This document shows, one piece after another, positions 48,505 through 59,208 of a stretch of DNA of 61,212 bases. Position 1 is the stretch's first letter; each line of letters starts with the position of its first letter. The DNA is taken from positions 1 to 61,212 of the forward strand of contig DAORKJ010000006.1 in the NCBI GenBank assembly GCA_035439505.1, given 5' to 3'. The stretch comes from Chitinophagales bacterium (GTDB lineage Bacteria > Bacteroidota > Bacteroidia > Chitinophagales > BACL12). A program made the position numbers and the translations under genes. The notes under the pieces are model-generated. The model did no database searches and had not been told where the DNA came from. It worked only from the letters and a program-made list of their open reading frames with translations.

Positions 48505-49776
48505 ATGATGAAAACATTTTTTACCGTATTTTTTTTAATTGTTTCTTTATTCCTTTCAGCTCAGGATTATTGTACGATGTCCCGGTTTGATGAATTTGTA
48601 TTTGATGATAATGAAATAGAAATTTTAGCGAATGTTAAATACGGTGAAGCAGTAAATAATTTGGGTAATAATCAGAATTTATTTTTGGACATTTATAAAC
48701 CGAAGACTGCATTTGATGAACTCAGCAAACGGCCATTAATTTTTTTCGTTCACGGTGGTGGATTGGTTGGTGGTTCAAAAGATAGTCAGGGCGCCGTTGA
48801 CCTAGGAAATTTATACGCTAAAATGGGTTATGTGTATGTGAGTATAGACTATCGCATAGGCTGGGATAATGGCGATGCTGACGATGGTTGCGGCGGCGAT
48901 ACTACCGATTTATTCAGAGCTACTTACAGGGCAGTGCAGGACGTAAGAGCGGCATATCGTTTTATAAAAGGTGAGGCCGATGTTTATGGTATAGATACTA
49001 ATGTAATATTTGTTGAAGGAAACAGTGCTGGTTCACGATTAATATTATTTGCCTTGTATGCAAGTCAGTCCGATTACAATACTCAATTTTATGATGAATT
49101 AGGCAGTATTGACACGGCGGTAAATGATTATGAAAATTATCACTTTAATCCCATTGGTGTAATTACAGAAGCCGGTGGAATAGAAGATACCAGTTTATTA
49201 TATAATAACAATTATCCGCATTTATATTTTCATGGTACTTGTGATTCTATTGTTCCATTTTTTTCAGGCCCAACATTTTTCTGTTATCAACCTTTCGAAT
49301 ATCCTAATTTACATGGCAGTTGGCAATTAACACAACTATCGAAGCGACTTGGCAGAACTGTTCAATTTTATATTGGTGAAGGAGCAGGACACGATGCAGT
49401 TATTCCCGATTCAATTATTTTATATGCCGCACCATTTATGAAAGATATCATGTGTAATACACTTACATCTAAAGATATCTATCGCGTGTTGGGAAAATAT
49501 AAATGTGCAGTTGCCAACGAAGGTGAATTAGTAATAGTGGATATTTATCCAAATCCTGTTGTAGATAATATTTATTTACAGGTAACCAGTACGCGAGACA
49601 AAGAAATTGAAATGGCGATTTATAATTCCATAGGTCAAGTAGTGCTGAGTTATAATTTAGAATTCTACCCACCCATAAAAGACTATACCATAAATGTAGG
49701 CGACCTTGCCAGAGGGATTTATTATTTACGAATAAGTCAGCGTCAGGAAATTTATGTTGCTAAGTTTTTGAAGTGA
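48505..49776 (+). CDS. Secreted alpha/beta-hydrolase (carboxylesterase) with T9SS CTD
   Basis: HGGG oxyanion loop, GNSAG nucleophile, HGTCD, AGH, IYPNP..GIYYL CTD. Confidence 0.9.
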   Translation: MMKTFFTVFFLIVSLFLSAQDYCTMSRFDEFVFDDNEIEILANVKYGEAVNNLGNNQNLFLDIYKPKTAFDELSKRPLIFFVHGGGLVGGSKDSQGAVDLGNLYAKMGYVYVSIDYRIGWDNGDADDGCGGDTTDLFRATYRAVQDVRAAYRFIKGEADVYGIDTNVIFVEGNSAGSRLILFALYASQSDYNTQFYDELGSIDTAVNDYENYHFNPIGVITEAGGIEDTSLLYNNNYPHLYFHGTCDSIVPFFSGPTFFCYQPFEYPNLHGSWQLTQLSKRLGRTVQFYIGEGAGHDAVIPDSIILYAAPFMKDIMCNTLTSKDIYRVLGKYKCAVANEGELVIVDIYPNPVVDNIYLQVTSTRDKEIEMAIYNSIGQVVLSYNLEFYPPIKDYTINVGDLARGIYYLRISQRQEIYVAKFLK

Positions 49777-49944
49777 TTCTCACAACATAAAAATCAGCCT
49801 GTTTTTTTGTTTAAATTTGAAATAAGCATTATTGCTTCATCCACAAATCTGCTATAACTGAAGCAAATTAAACATTCAAATTCACGGTTTTCGGTGAATG
49901 TTCATATCATTAATCCTGTTACCTTTGAAAAAAAGGTTATTCCT

Positions 49945-52305
49945 ATGAACACATTACACTTACAAGAAAATAGCATTGCTTTTGTTGATGCCGGCTATGT
50001 TGAGGGTAATATAATACGTCTTAAAAAAAATGTTCCCCTAACTTCTGTTATTGGTTTTCATTTTTGGGTTGAAAAGGCCGGCGTTGTTGAGTTTAATTTC
50101 CCTGTAGGCGCTGAAAAGTGTAAAGTGCATGTATATAAATTACCCATTCAAACTCCATATCCTGTTTTGGTAAATGGTAATTATTTTAAAGAACCTATAT
50201 CGGTTGCTTATGGCAATTATTTGATGGTGATTGAAAATTTTCAGGAAGTTGATATTTTTCGGGATGCCGTAATATTTAAACCATCATCTACAGCAATTGT
50301 TGCGCAGCCGATTTTAAAACCTAATAAAATTGCATTTAGTCCTATTCCCGGAAATATTTTTCAAACCTTAAAAAAAATTGGCATAACTGACCTGAAGCAG
50401 TTAAATAAAAAAAATCATATAAAATTATTACGCAGCGAACTTCAAAATATTGAACTGGAGAATGAAATTTTGCAACTCAATAAATATTTACAACATCCCG
50501 GAATAAATTATGGAAACGCGGTTACTATGTTTAGGAAGGCTAATAAACTAAATGGGCAGCCAATTATAAATAATGTAAATAATATTATTGCAGCAGATGG
50601 TGAAATTGTAGTTGACCCATTAGACGAAACATTACCCTGCGTTCAGGTTGGGACAATTTCGGGCATCCCTGATCCTCTGGCAACAGAACCAATTGTAGAT
50701 TGGTTTTGGTACGATGCTGCCGGTGATTTTGACCACGAAATAATTACACGACCATGGTGGGCAAGTCCCGATAATTTTATTAACGGTCCGAATGAAGTTC
50801 AGGATTATTGGTATCCTGATCCAAATAAAGGTTGGCGTGTATTTGGTTATCAATTTGGTGGTTCTCCGGGACAAATCGGTTATTTATTATGTTATAATGT
50901 ATTTACCGGTGTTATGCGATTATTTGTTTATTTACCGAATGTAGAATCTCGAAATTTTAATAAATTAATTGCAACATTTTCACTTGTTAATGCAGACAGA
51001 ATAGCATCACAAACCTGGAATTTTCCATTAATGGATGTACCACCCGAAATAAAAAGTTTTCAAACAAGTGATACTCCAACTGCAGATAATGTACAGGAAG
51101 TTACCGGTTATCCAGGAGGTTCAGCATTTATTTGGCCGGGATTAGAAATGGCTTTTCACGATTTAACAGCATCAAGTGCTTCCGCTCCCGGTAAATGGTT
51201 GCGGACAGAAATAGCAACATTATTTGATCCTGCATTATATCCGGAAACTCAAATATTACGTGGACTGGGTGGTTGTTTAGGATTGTTGTTCCCTGGTGTA
51301 AAGGCGCCTACTTCTGAACTACAGGAGCGAGACAGAAGGTTATTTAAAATAGATTTTAATGGCATTTTAGAAGGACAATCAAATTTAACTGCAGACCTGG
51401 AATTAACCGCGAGCGGAACTGCAAAACCTGTTGCGGAGGAATCATCAACAAGTAGTTTAGGAATTGATGCAGAATATGTTGCCTATGCAAAAAAGGCTAT
51501 CCAAGGTGCTTCAATTATTGGTGGTTTTATTTCTACTGCCGTCGCCACCGGCGGACTTGATATTATGAGTGCGGTAAAAGCTGCAGGTGGTATTTACGCA
51601 TTGTTTCAGGGAGATGAAAATCAAAATCCATCTTATGATGTTCAGTTAATTGGAGCGATTACCGGTAAAATAACCGGAAGAACAGTTTTTGTATTGCCGG
51701 TAGCAGATTTCGTTGTGAATTTGAATGGTACTTTTAAAGCAGTAACTGAAATGACTAATAATGGTCCTGTTTATTTTCCAACCGGATGGCCACATACCTA
51801 TCAGCGTTGCAATAAATTGCGAATAGGGGTTATTGGTTTTCGACCTGCGGGAGAGCAAGGGCAGGTACTTGGAACAGATCCGAGACCTGCAACTATAAAA
51901 TTAGAATGGATAGCCAGAGATGAATTAGGAGTAGTGTTTGATGCATTAGTTACCATTTCCCCAATAGGGTTATTTCAAATTGCACCCTGGGCTAATGTAA
52001 TAATTGATGAGCAATATGCTGAACTTGAATTATTTGAACCCCAAAACGATCTTCCTCACAGTGTAACAACAATCAGACGGTTAAATGTAAATGCATTAAA
52101 CGTGTATAGAGTACCTTCAGTCCCTTACTTACTAGGTCTCAATGAGCATAAAAGAATGCGTATTAGGTGGGTTGCTAAAATGTCAACACCTAATAATGAA
52201 CTGCCTCCATTTATTATCGAATATGCATTGGATTTAACCGGCAAAACAAATTTTATACTTGATACAAAACCGTCGAGCGGCGATTTCCCTGACGATGACT
52301 GGTAA
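49945..52305 (+). CDS. Large hypothetical protein (~786 aa)
   Basis: Long uninterrupted ORF; TACCTTTG -7 box at 49920-49927 supports ATG 49945; no signal peptide or CTD. Confidence 0.8.
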   Translation: MNTLHLQENSIAFVDAGYVEGNIIRLKKNVPLTSVIGFHFWVEKAGVVEFNFPVGAEKCKVHVYKLPIQTPYPVLVNGNYFKEPISVAYGNYLMVIENFQEVDIFRDAVIFKPSSTAIVAQPILKPNKIAFSPIPGNIFQTLKKIGITDLKQLNKKNHIKLLRSELQNIELENEILQLNKYLQHPGINYGNAVTMFRKANKLNGQPIINNVNNIIAADGEIVVDPLDETLPCVQVGTISGIPDPLATEPIVDWFWYDAAGDFDHEIITRPWWASPDNFINGPNEVQDYWYPDPNKGWRVFGYQFGGSPGQIGYLLCYNVFTGVMRLFVYLPNVESRNFNKLIATFSLVNADRIASQTWNFPLMDVPPEIKSFQTSDTPTADNVQEVTGYPGGSAFIWPGLEMAFHDLTASSASAPGKWLRTEIATLFDPALYPETQILRGLGGCLGLLFPGVKAPTSELQERDRRLFKIDFNGILEGQSNLTADLELTASGTAKPVAEESSTSSLGIDAEYVAYAKKAIQGASIIGGFISTAVATGGLDIMSAVKAAGGIYALFQGDENQNPSYDVQLIGAITGKITGRTVFVLPVADFVVNLNGTFKAVTEMTNNGPVYFPTGWPHTYQRCNKLRIGVIGFRPAGEQGQVLGTDPRPATIKLEWIARDELGVVFDALVTISPIGLFQIAPWANVIIDEQYAELELFEPQNDLPHSVTTIRRLNVNALNVYRVPSVPYLLGLNEHKRMRIRWVAKMSTPNNELPPFIIEYALDLTGKTNFILDTKPSSGDFPDDDW

Positions 52306-53064
52306 TTAATTTTTGTTAGATTTAATCATTCCATACAACTTCACATAACGCATAAACACGCCTTTTGCGGCTAATGAACAAACAATAAAACCTGTCCACC
52401 CGTCTAAAAAACCAAGGTCGATGATGTAGTGTTTAAAAAAACGAAAACCCGGCTTGATAATAAAATGATAAAACCCAGGGCGGGTTACTTTTTTAGCAGC
52501 ATCGTTTGCGCTCCAGGTGGAATAGCGGTCCCATTTTTCGAGATAATGAAAAATATCTTTATAGGTATTATGAACAAGTTTGTATTTTAATTTACTTACT
52601 GAGCCTGAGGTAATTACTTCTGCATGCACATGTTTTTCTTCATAACGACAAGTGTCGCGTTTGAAAAAACGAATTACTTTATCGCGCTGCCACCCACTGT
52701 ATTTTACCTCTTTGCCCATAAAATAATTTTTACGGTAAATCCAATAGGCATCGTGTGGTATCACATCGCTTTGTAATAATTGCTGAATTTCATTTGTTAA
52801 TTCAGGTGTTACACGTTCGTCGGCATCAACAAGTAATATCCATTCATGAGCTGCTTGTGGAATAGCTCTGTTTTTTTGACTGGCTGAATTAATATATTCG
52901 CTTTCAATAATGCGGGACGTATATTTTTTTGCAAGCTCAATTGTATTGTCGGTACTAAATGAATCAACTACTAAAATTTCATCACACCATTTTACAGACT
53001 CCAGTACCGCTTCAATATTGTGCGCTTCATTTTTGCATGGTATGATGGCAGTTACTTTATGCAT
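52306..53064 (-). CDS. Glycosyltransferase family 2 (beta-1,4-glucosyltransferase-like)
   Basis: IIPCKNE, VDSFSTD, QKNRA, WILLVDADE (DxD). Confidence 0.93.
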   Translation of the reverse strand: MHKVTAIIPCKNEAHNIEAVLESVKWCDEILVVDSFSTDNTIELAKKYTSRIIESEYINSASQKNRAIPQAAHEWILLVDADERVTPELTNEIQQLLQSDVIPHDAYWIYRKNYFMGKEVKYSGWQRDKVIRFFKRDTCRYEEKHVHAEVITSGSVSKLKYKLVHNTYKDIFHYLEKWDRYSTWSANDAAKKVTRPGFYHFIIKPGFRFFKHYIIDLGFLDGWTGFIVCSLAAKGVFMRYVKLYGMIKSNKN

Positions 53065-54319
53065 ATTGTTTTTCGCTTTCAGCAAGTTGAGCGGTATCGT
53101 CGATATATTTTTTTATGAGCAACAAAAATAACAGATAAAATGCAGTTCCGATTTGAATTTCTAATGTATGTTCTGCCATAAAACTAATTAACATAATTAA
53201 AATAAACACGGAATATAACATGTTTTTAAATCGTTTATGACTAAACCAAGGATATAATACAGACAACATGAATACTAAAAATCCAATGATACCGCTTGCG
53301 GCTAAAAAATACACAAATTGATTATGCGGCAATTTAGATTTTACAAATTCGCTGCCGGCACTTTGGTTATATAATTTATCCATTTCGGTTTTTATATCGC
53401 CGACACCAACTCCAAGTAATGGGTTTTCTTCTGCAATCTGAACACCGTATTGTATACTTAACAACCGCTGTGCATCGCTGTGTTCGGGGTGTAACTCCCC
53501 CTTTTTAATTAAATCCATTTCGTATTTAAAATATAACATACGAGCATGTAATGAGGGAATGTACATAACGGCACTGAAAGCAAATCCCACTAAAGCTATT
53601 AACGCAACTAAGCCTTGCAAATACGCTTTTTTTGTAAATAGCCAATACAATATCATCACAATAAAAGCAATATACATGGTTAATATACCTGAACGAACAG
53701 CAAATACGTGAATAAAAATGGTAAGAAATAAAATACCTCCTCCCAATATATATTTTTCGTTGCGCAAACCAAAGCTGAATTTATTATTCCATAAATAAAT
53801 ACCAACCACGATAGCAAAAGCCATTTCCAGACTAAAGCGTATGTGGTCGCGGAGTGGTGCGGGAATAGGCTGACCTTTAGTGAGTTGTTCATTTAATGTG
53901 TCGAAATGCAAAACATAATTAATACAAACTACAATTGCTGCGGCAACAATAACGTAAAAATAAACTGCCAGCCATTGTTGGAAACGTTTGTGTGTGAGCG
54001 TTTTAACGGTAGTAAATCCAAGCGGCAAAGCTAAAAACGGCAATTTCATTCTACATCTGTCCACCCAATAGCCCGTATCATCAGAATAAAATCCGGTAAA
54101 TAGGTACACCAGAAATAAGGCAATCAATAATACACTAGTGGTATCGCCTAACCATTTTTTAAAATTTTCGGCAATGCGCAGGTTAATAATGGCATTACAC
54201 ATAATCATAATAGTAGCAACGCTGAGCACCACTTTAGACGTAACCAGGCCTACAATTAACCCTAAAATAGCCAAAGAGGCAAAAAACTGATTTGGAAAAA
54301 CCCTAAGTAATGATCGCAT
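53057..54319 (-). CDS. O-antigen ligase (Wzy_C) family protein
   Basis: Multi-TM; VRSG, PLLGVGVGD, LPHNQF motifs. Confidence 0.88.
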   Translation of the reverse strand: MRSLLRVFPNQFFASLAILGLIVGLVTSKVVLSVATIMIMCNAIINLRIAENFKKWLGDTTSVLLIALFLVYLFTGFYSDDTGYWVDRCRMKLPFLALPLGFTTVKTLTHKRFQQWLAVYFYVIVAAAIVVCINYVLHFDTLNEQLTKGQPIPAPLRDHIRFSLEMAFAIVVGIYLWNNKFSFGLRNEKYILGGGILFLTIFIHVFAVRSGILTMYIAFIVMILYWLFTKKAYLQGLVALIALVGFAFSAVMYIPSLHARMLYFKYEMDLIKKGELHPEHSDAQRLLSIQYGVQIAEENPLLGVGVGDIKTEMDKLYNQSAGSEFVKSKLPHNQFVYFLAASGIIGFLVFMLSVLYPWFSHKRFKNMLYSVFILIMLISFMAEHTLEIQIGTAFYLLFLLLIKKYIDDTAQLAESEKQYA

Positions 54320-54471
54320 GTCGAAGGTAGATTCGTAGAGGTAGGGTCTATAGGGACTATTTAGATTTTGAGTGAATAGTGAACCAAAAGTAAAAAAATA
54401 ATATTAAAAGCTACAATACTATAATTTTTGCTGATTTGAAACCTCGGCAACTTTGTTCTAATTTTACCCTC

Positions 54472-55050
54472 GTGGAGAAAGGCAACCTTAGCAAAAGCAG
54501 CAAAGACAGGATATTCAATAAGGAGTTTTTACCTCAAATGGATGCCCTGTACAACTTTGCGTTTCATCTAACTTTAGACGAAGATGATGCAAATGACCTT
54601 GTACAGGAAACTTTTTTGAAAGCTTATCGCTTTATAGAATCGTATCAGCAAGGTACTAATGCAAAGGCTTGGTTGTTTAAAATCCTCAAAAACGGGTTTA
54701 TCAACGAGTACCGTAAAAAAACGAAGCAGCCATCAAAGGTTGACTACGATGAGGTGGCAAGTTTCCACGATACGGACGATGAGGGCCATGTTGAGTACCT
54801 TGATTTGAGACATGAATTATTTCAGGGCATGCTGGGAGATGAGGTTACACGGGCGCTGAATCAGTTGCCGGTGGACTTTAAAACAATTATTCTGTTGTGC
54901 GATATTGAAGAGTTTTCATATGAGGAGATTGCGAAAATTATTGATATCCCCATCGGAACAGTTAGATCACGCCTTCACAGGGCGCGCAATATTTTAAAGG
55001 AAAAATTACGCGAATACGCTCAAAAAGAAGGGTTTAAAGAAAAAAGATAA
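54472..55050 (+). CDS. ECF sigma-70 factor (SigR/SigH-like)
   Basis: DANDLVQETFLKAY, GTNAKAWLFKILKN, FSYEEIAKIIDIPIGTVRSRLHRAR; probable GTG start at 54472. Confidence 0.93.
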   Translation: MEKGNLSKSSKDRIFNKEFLPQMDALYNFAFHLTLDEDDANDLVQETFLKAYRFIESYQQGTNAKAWLFKILKNGFINEYRKKTKQPSKVDYDEVASFHDTDDEGHVEYLDLRHELFQGMLGDEVTRALNQLPVDFKTIILLCDIEEFSYEEIAKIIDIPIGTVRSRLHRARNILKEKLREYAQKEGFKEKR

Positions 55051-55052
55051 TT

Positions 55053-55307
55053 ATGGATCAACAGCTACCCAAACATGATTGCAGAAACTTTGTAAAAAAA
55101 GTTTTCCTCGTTTTAGATGGCGAATTGCCTGAAACAGAACGCAATTTATTTATTATGGACATCCAACGCTGCAAAGGATGCCTCGAACATTTTCATATTG
55201 AAAAAACATTTAAAGATTTTATTGCTGCCAAAGTGGAGCGCAAAGATTGCAGTGAAAAATTGAAACAAACAATTATTAGTCAGGTGCAAAGTAACCCTGA
55301 AACCTAA
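55053..55307 (+). CDS. Soluble zinc-binding anti-sigma factor (zf-HC2/RsrA-like)
   Basis: HDC..LDGEL..DIQRCKGC, 2 bp after the ECF sigma gene; no TM. Confidence 0.8.
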   Translation: MDQQLPKHDCRNFVKKVFLVLDGELPETERNLFIMDIQRCKGCLEHFHIEKTFKDFIAAKVERKDCSEKLKQTIISQVQSNPET

Positions 55308-56702
55308 TTAAAATTGAAAGTAAATAAACGTTTCTGCATTATTCCTTCCTAATAAAATAACCATTCCGGTTACGATTAAAATAAACGCATAACTGTATTT
55401 AAACCGAAAGTTTTTGGGCAACCAAAAAGAGGCTACAAAAATTAAGGCTACGGCCAAACAAATAGCAAATTCGTAAGCCGCAAATCCATTCAATATCTGC
55501 TGCAGTTCTACACTAAATCCCGAAAATAATTTTTGATAATATAATCGCGCATCGGTAAAACTTTTAGCTCTGAAAACTACACCACTTAAAATTAACAAGT
55601 GGAAATTCCAGATAATCAAAAATATTTTTCCGTAATTGGATTTAAATTTTGGTAAAAAAGATATTCGTTTATAAATGGCTTGTAATACAGCAATAATGCC
55701 GTTAATTAAACCAAAAACAACAAAGTTAATGCTCGCGCCATGCCATAATCCTATCAAAATAAATACTATTAAAGTATTGAGATAAATTCGCCAATAAGTG
55801 GTAACACCTTTGTTAAGTGGCGTAAAAATATAATCCCTAATCCAGGTTGTAAGTGTTATATGCCAACGGTTCCAGTAGTCGGATATACTAGTTGCTATAT
55901 ACGGCTGATTAAAATTTTCGCTGAGTTTTATACCAAATAACCGGGCAGTACCGATGGCAATATCGCAATAGCCACTAAAATCTGCATATAATTGAACGGC
56001 AAAAAACAATAGCGTAATATATAACTGAGCACCGGTGGCCCCACCTATGTCGGAAAAAGTGAAATTGACAAACCCGGCGACCGTATCAGCGATTACTAAT
56101 TTTTTGAAAAACCCCCAAGCCATTCTGCTTAAACCATATTGCAAATCATCGTAGCCCAATTTTTTTGTTTGATGAAGTTGTGGGATTAACTCATTGGCTC
56201 TTTCAATAGGGCCTGCTATTAATTGAGGGAAAAATGAAACATATAAAGCAAAATAACCAAAGTGAGGTTCGGGTTTGGTTACCTTACGATATACATCTAT
56301 AATATATCCCAGCGACTTAAATGTATAAAATGAAATGCCTATGGGTAATAAAATAGTTTGCGGGGCCTGCATTAATGCTTCAGGGTGATTAAAGGATTCA
56401 ACAATAGAGGCGAAAAACCCAAAGTATTTGAAAACAAATAAAATCCCGGCATCTGCTATAATACCAATAGTTAATAATTGTTTTCGCTTGTTTTTTTCTT
56501 TGGTAATATGTATTTGACGGGCAATAACCCAACAAATGGTAGTTGATGTAAGCAATATTAATCCATAAGCTACTTCATACATCATGTAAAACAGATAACT
56601 AGCTACCAAAAGCACTAACCAGCGGTATTTATTTCCTGTCATGTAATATACAGTCAGCACCAATGGCAAAAACAATATATAGATGTATGAATTAAACGAC
56701 AT
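55308..56702 (-). CDS. MBOAT O-acyltransferase (AlgI/DltB family)
   Basis: LPIGISFYTF, FFPQLIAGPIER, YADFSGY, ENFNQPY, WNRWHITL, GLWHGA (catalytic His). Confidence 0.95.
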   Translation of the reverse strand: MSFNSYIYILFLPLVLTVYYMTGNKYRWLVLLVASYLFYMMYEVAYGLILLTSTTICWVIARQIHITKEKNKRKQLLTIGIIADAGILFVFKYFGFFASIVESFNHPEALMQAPQTILLPIGISFYTFKSLGYIIDVYRKVTKPEPHFGYFALYVSFFPQLIAGPIERANELIPQLHQTKKLGYDDLQYGLSRMAWGFFKKLVIADTVAGFVNFTFSDIGGATGAQLYITLLFFAVQLYADFSGYCDIAIGTARLFGIKLSENFNQPYIATSISDYWNRWHITLTTWIRDYIFTPLNKGVTTYWRIYLNTLIVFILIGLWHGASINFVVFGLINGIIAVLQAIYKRISFLPKFKSNYGKIFLIIWNFHLLILSGVVFRAKSFTDARLYYQKLFSGFSVELQQILNGFAAYEFAICLAVALIFVASFWLPKNFRFKYSYAFILIVTGMVILLGRNNAETFIYFQF

Positions 56703-56910
56703 GAGGGTAAAAATGGGACTTTAAATTGACTTCTCAAAGGTATAATGTATGCAAATTATTAGGTGTCAAGATTGTGAAAAAATAGGCAATAAGGCAATAA
56801 AATAAAGATTTTAAATGTGTTTAATATTAAAAGTCAAGATAGTTTGATAAAACCGTAATATCACATGAAAATGCTACCTCCGTATTTGAAATTAGCTTTA
56901 ATATTGCCTC

Positions 56911-57156
56911 ATGACCCGCACAATAATTATACAGCAAATTACCCCTGTATTCCAAAAGGTATTTAATGATACCGCTTTAACCCTTTTGCCAGAACATTCA
57001 GCTGCTGATTTTGATAAATGGGATAGTATAAATCATGTTATATTAATAGCGCGTATTGAAAAACTCATGAAAATTAATATTTCAACCGGCGAATTAATAA
57101 AAATTAAAACAGTGGGAGAACTTGCTGACTTAATTGCGGAAAAATTAGCAGAATGA
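56911..57156 (+). CDS. Acyl carrier protein
   Basis: 81 aa; WDSINH phosphopantetheine Ser; KTVGELADLI. Confidence 0.9.
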   Translation: MTRTIIIQQITPVFQKVFNDTALTLLPEHSAADFDKWDSINHVILIARIEKLMKINISTGELIKIKTVGELADLIAEKLAE

Positions 57157-58202
57157 AAATTAACGGAACATATTTTTCTAATTTACATGGAGTCCGCATC
57201 AGTGGAGTAAGTACTGCTTTCCCTGAAAAAAAAGTACATAATTATTCTATACATGAACTTTTATATGGTAAAAATTGGTCAGCCGTATTTGCGGAAAAAA
57301 ATTATGATGCAGATTATATAAAAAATGTTTTAGGTTATGAAGAGCGTTATTGGGCACATATTCCGGGAACACCAATTGTAAAAAATGAAATTACTTCTGC
57401 CGACCTCATGGTAAGCGCGTCTGAAAAAGTGTTAAAAGAAAATAAATTTGCCACTTCAGATATTGAAATGTTAATTGCGGTAACTGTTACTTCGCCAAAA
57501 TACACCAATTCGATGGGTGCATTTGTTGCCGGAAAATTAGGATTACAATGTCCGGCAATAGAAGTAAAAACCGGTTGTGCTTCAGGTTTATATGCATTGG
57601 TTATGGCGGCGCAATTTATTCGCTCTGGAGCAAAACATGTACTCATAACAGCGGGAGAAACACCAACTAAAGTAACCGGAATAAATGGCAATTTAATTTA
57701 TGCCGTTGGTGATGCCGGGGCTGCTGTTATTCTATCGAAGGATGATAATGCGGCGGGGATAAGTACAGCATTTCTTGGGACTGAAGGGGCTTATAGCGGC
57801 GCAATGGGAAGTCCGGGTTTATTACCACCTAACCAGGAAGATTTGGATGCACTTGCCTATAATATGGTGATGGGAAAAGAAAGTGAAACATTTATACTTG
57901 AAGCCTGGCAAAAAATACCTGCTTTATTGTATGAACATTCCGGAATCTATAGCAATGATATTGATTTATTGGTTCCACATCAGGTAAATAAAAAAAACTT
58001 ATCGCTGGTTAAAAATGCAGCAGGAAAAAATACTAATCAGACTATTGATGTAATTAATCAGTATGCAAACTGTGGTTCAGTTGGTGTATTAATTGCACTA
58101 CATGAAGCCTATAAACAAAAGACAAATAATCAAACAAAAAAAATAATGATGGCCGCTGTCGGAGGGGGAGTTTCCTATGGCGGATTAATCGTAAATTTAT
58201 AA
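57153..58202 (+). CDS. 3-oxoacyl-ACP synthase III family (FabH-like) condensing enzyme 1
   Basis: TGCASG (Cys), GDAGAA, VPHQVN (His), YANCGS (Asn), VGGG. Confidence 0.9.
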   Translation: MKINGTYFSNLHGVRISGVSTAFPEKKVHNYSIHELLYGKNWSAVFAEKNYDADYIKNVLGYEERYWAHIPGTPIVKNEITSADLMVSASEKVLKENKFATSDIEMLIAVTVTSPKYTNSMGAFVAGKLGLQCPAIEVKTGCASGLYALVMAAQFIRSGAKHVLITAGETPTKVTGINGNLIYAVGDAGAAVILSKDDNAAGISTAFLGTEGAYSGAMGSPGLLPPNQEDLDALAYNMVMGKESETFILEAWQKIPALLYEHSGIYSNDIDLLVPHQVNKKNLSLVKNAAGKNTNQTIDVINQYANCGSVGVLIALHEAYKQKTNNQTKKIMMAAVGGGVSYGGLIVNL

Positions 58203-58203
58203 T

Positions 58204-59208
58204 ATGAAAAAGGGTTGGGGAGTTAAGATAATAGGAACAGGAATTTGTTTGCCGGGAGAGCCGGTTACAACTGAAGAGCTGAGTAAGCGATTAAATCTGG
58301 AATTTGATATCGCAATGGTGCGCGATAAAATTGGTATTAAAACCAGACATATTGCACCCGATGATATTGCAACAAGTCATATTGCTGCAAAAGCTGCTCA
58401 AATGGCATTAGATAATGCCGGAATTACAGCAAAACAATTAGATAGAATTTTATTAGGAACATCTACACCCGATTATACCAATACAGCAGCCAGTTGTAAT
58501 GTGCAATTTTTATTAGGTGCTACTTGTCCCGTTGGCGATACCACCGAAAGCTGCGCGAGTTTTATGTATGCACTTGATCATGGTATTCGACTGATAGCAA
58601 CAGGTATGCAATATGTATGTGTAATTGGCGCAGATATTAAAACACGTTTTGTCAGAAAAGACGACCCTAAATTTTGTCCCATTTTTGGCGACGGTGCTGG
58701 CGCAGTAATTCTAACGCGTGGCGATGATGATTCAGGATTTATGGTAAGTGAATTATTTGCAGATGGCTCAGGATTAAAAAATATTTATGTACCCGCAGGT
58801 GGAAGTGCAATGCCTGCATCCATAGAAACAGTAACACAAGGATTACATGGTACATTGATGACAATTTCCGGAAAAAAAATGGTGGAAATATCTATAGATA
58901 TTATGGCAGGTATCGGAAAAAAAGTTTGTGATGTTTATGGCATTCAGCCTAATGATGTAGATATTTTAATTCCACATCAGGCTAATTATATTATTATGAA
59001 AGGAGTTGCTGAAAAATTAGGCATTGATATCCAGAAAATGGAAGTAAGTATCGATACAGCAGCAAATACTATTTCAGGAACATTACCAATTACATTACAT
59101 CAGGCAGTTAGTAGAAATAAATTACAACCCGGAAAACTCGTTTTATTTGTAACCGCCGCATCAGGATATGCAGGTGGTGCAGCCATTTATAAAGTACCTT
59201 CAGCATGA
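58204..59208 (+). CDS. 3-oxoacyl-ACP synthase III family (FabH-like) condensing enzyme 2
   Basis: GIKTRH, ESCASF (Cys), FGDGAGA, IPHQAN (His), ANTISG (Asn). Confidence 0.92.
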   Translation: MKKGWGVKIIGTGICLPGEPVTTEELSKRLNLEFDIAMVRDKIGIKTRHIAPDDIATSHIAAKAAQMALDNAGITAKQLDRILLGTSTPDYTNTAASCNVQFLLGATCPVGDTTESCASFMYALDHGIRLIATGMQYVCVIGADIKTRFVRKDDPKFCPIFGDGAGAVILTRGDDDSGFMVSELFADGSGLKNIYVPAGGSAMPASIETVTQGLHGTLMTISGKKMVEISIDIMAGIGKKVCDVYGIQPNDVDILIPHQANYIIMKGVAEKLGIDIQKMEVSIDTAANTISGTLPITLHQAVSRNKLQPGKLVLFVTAASGYAGGAAIYKVPSA

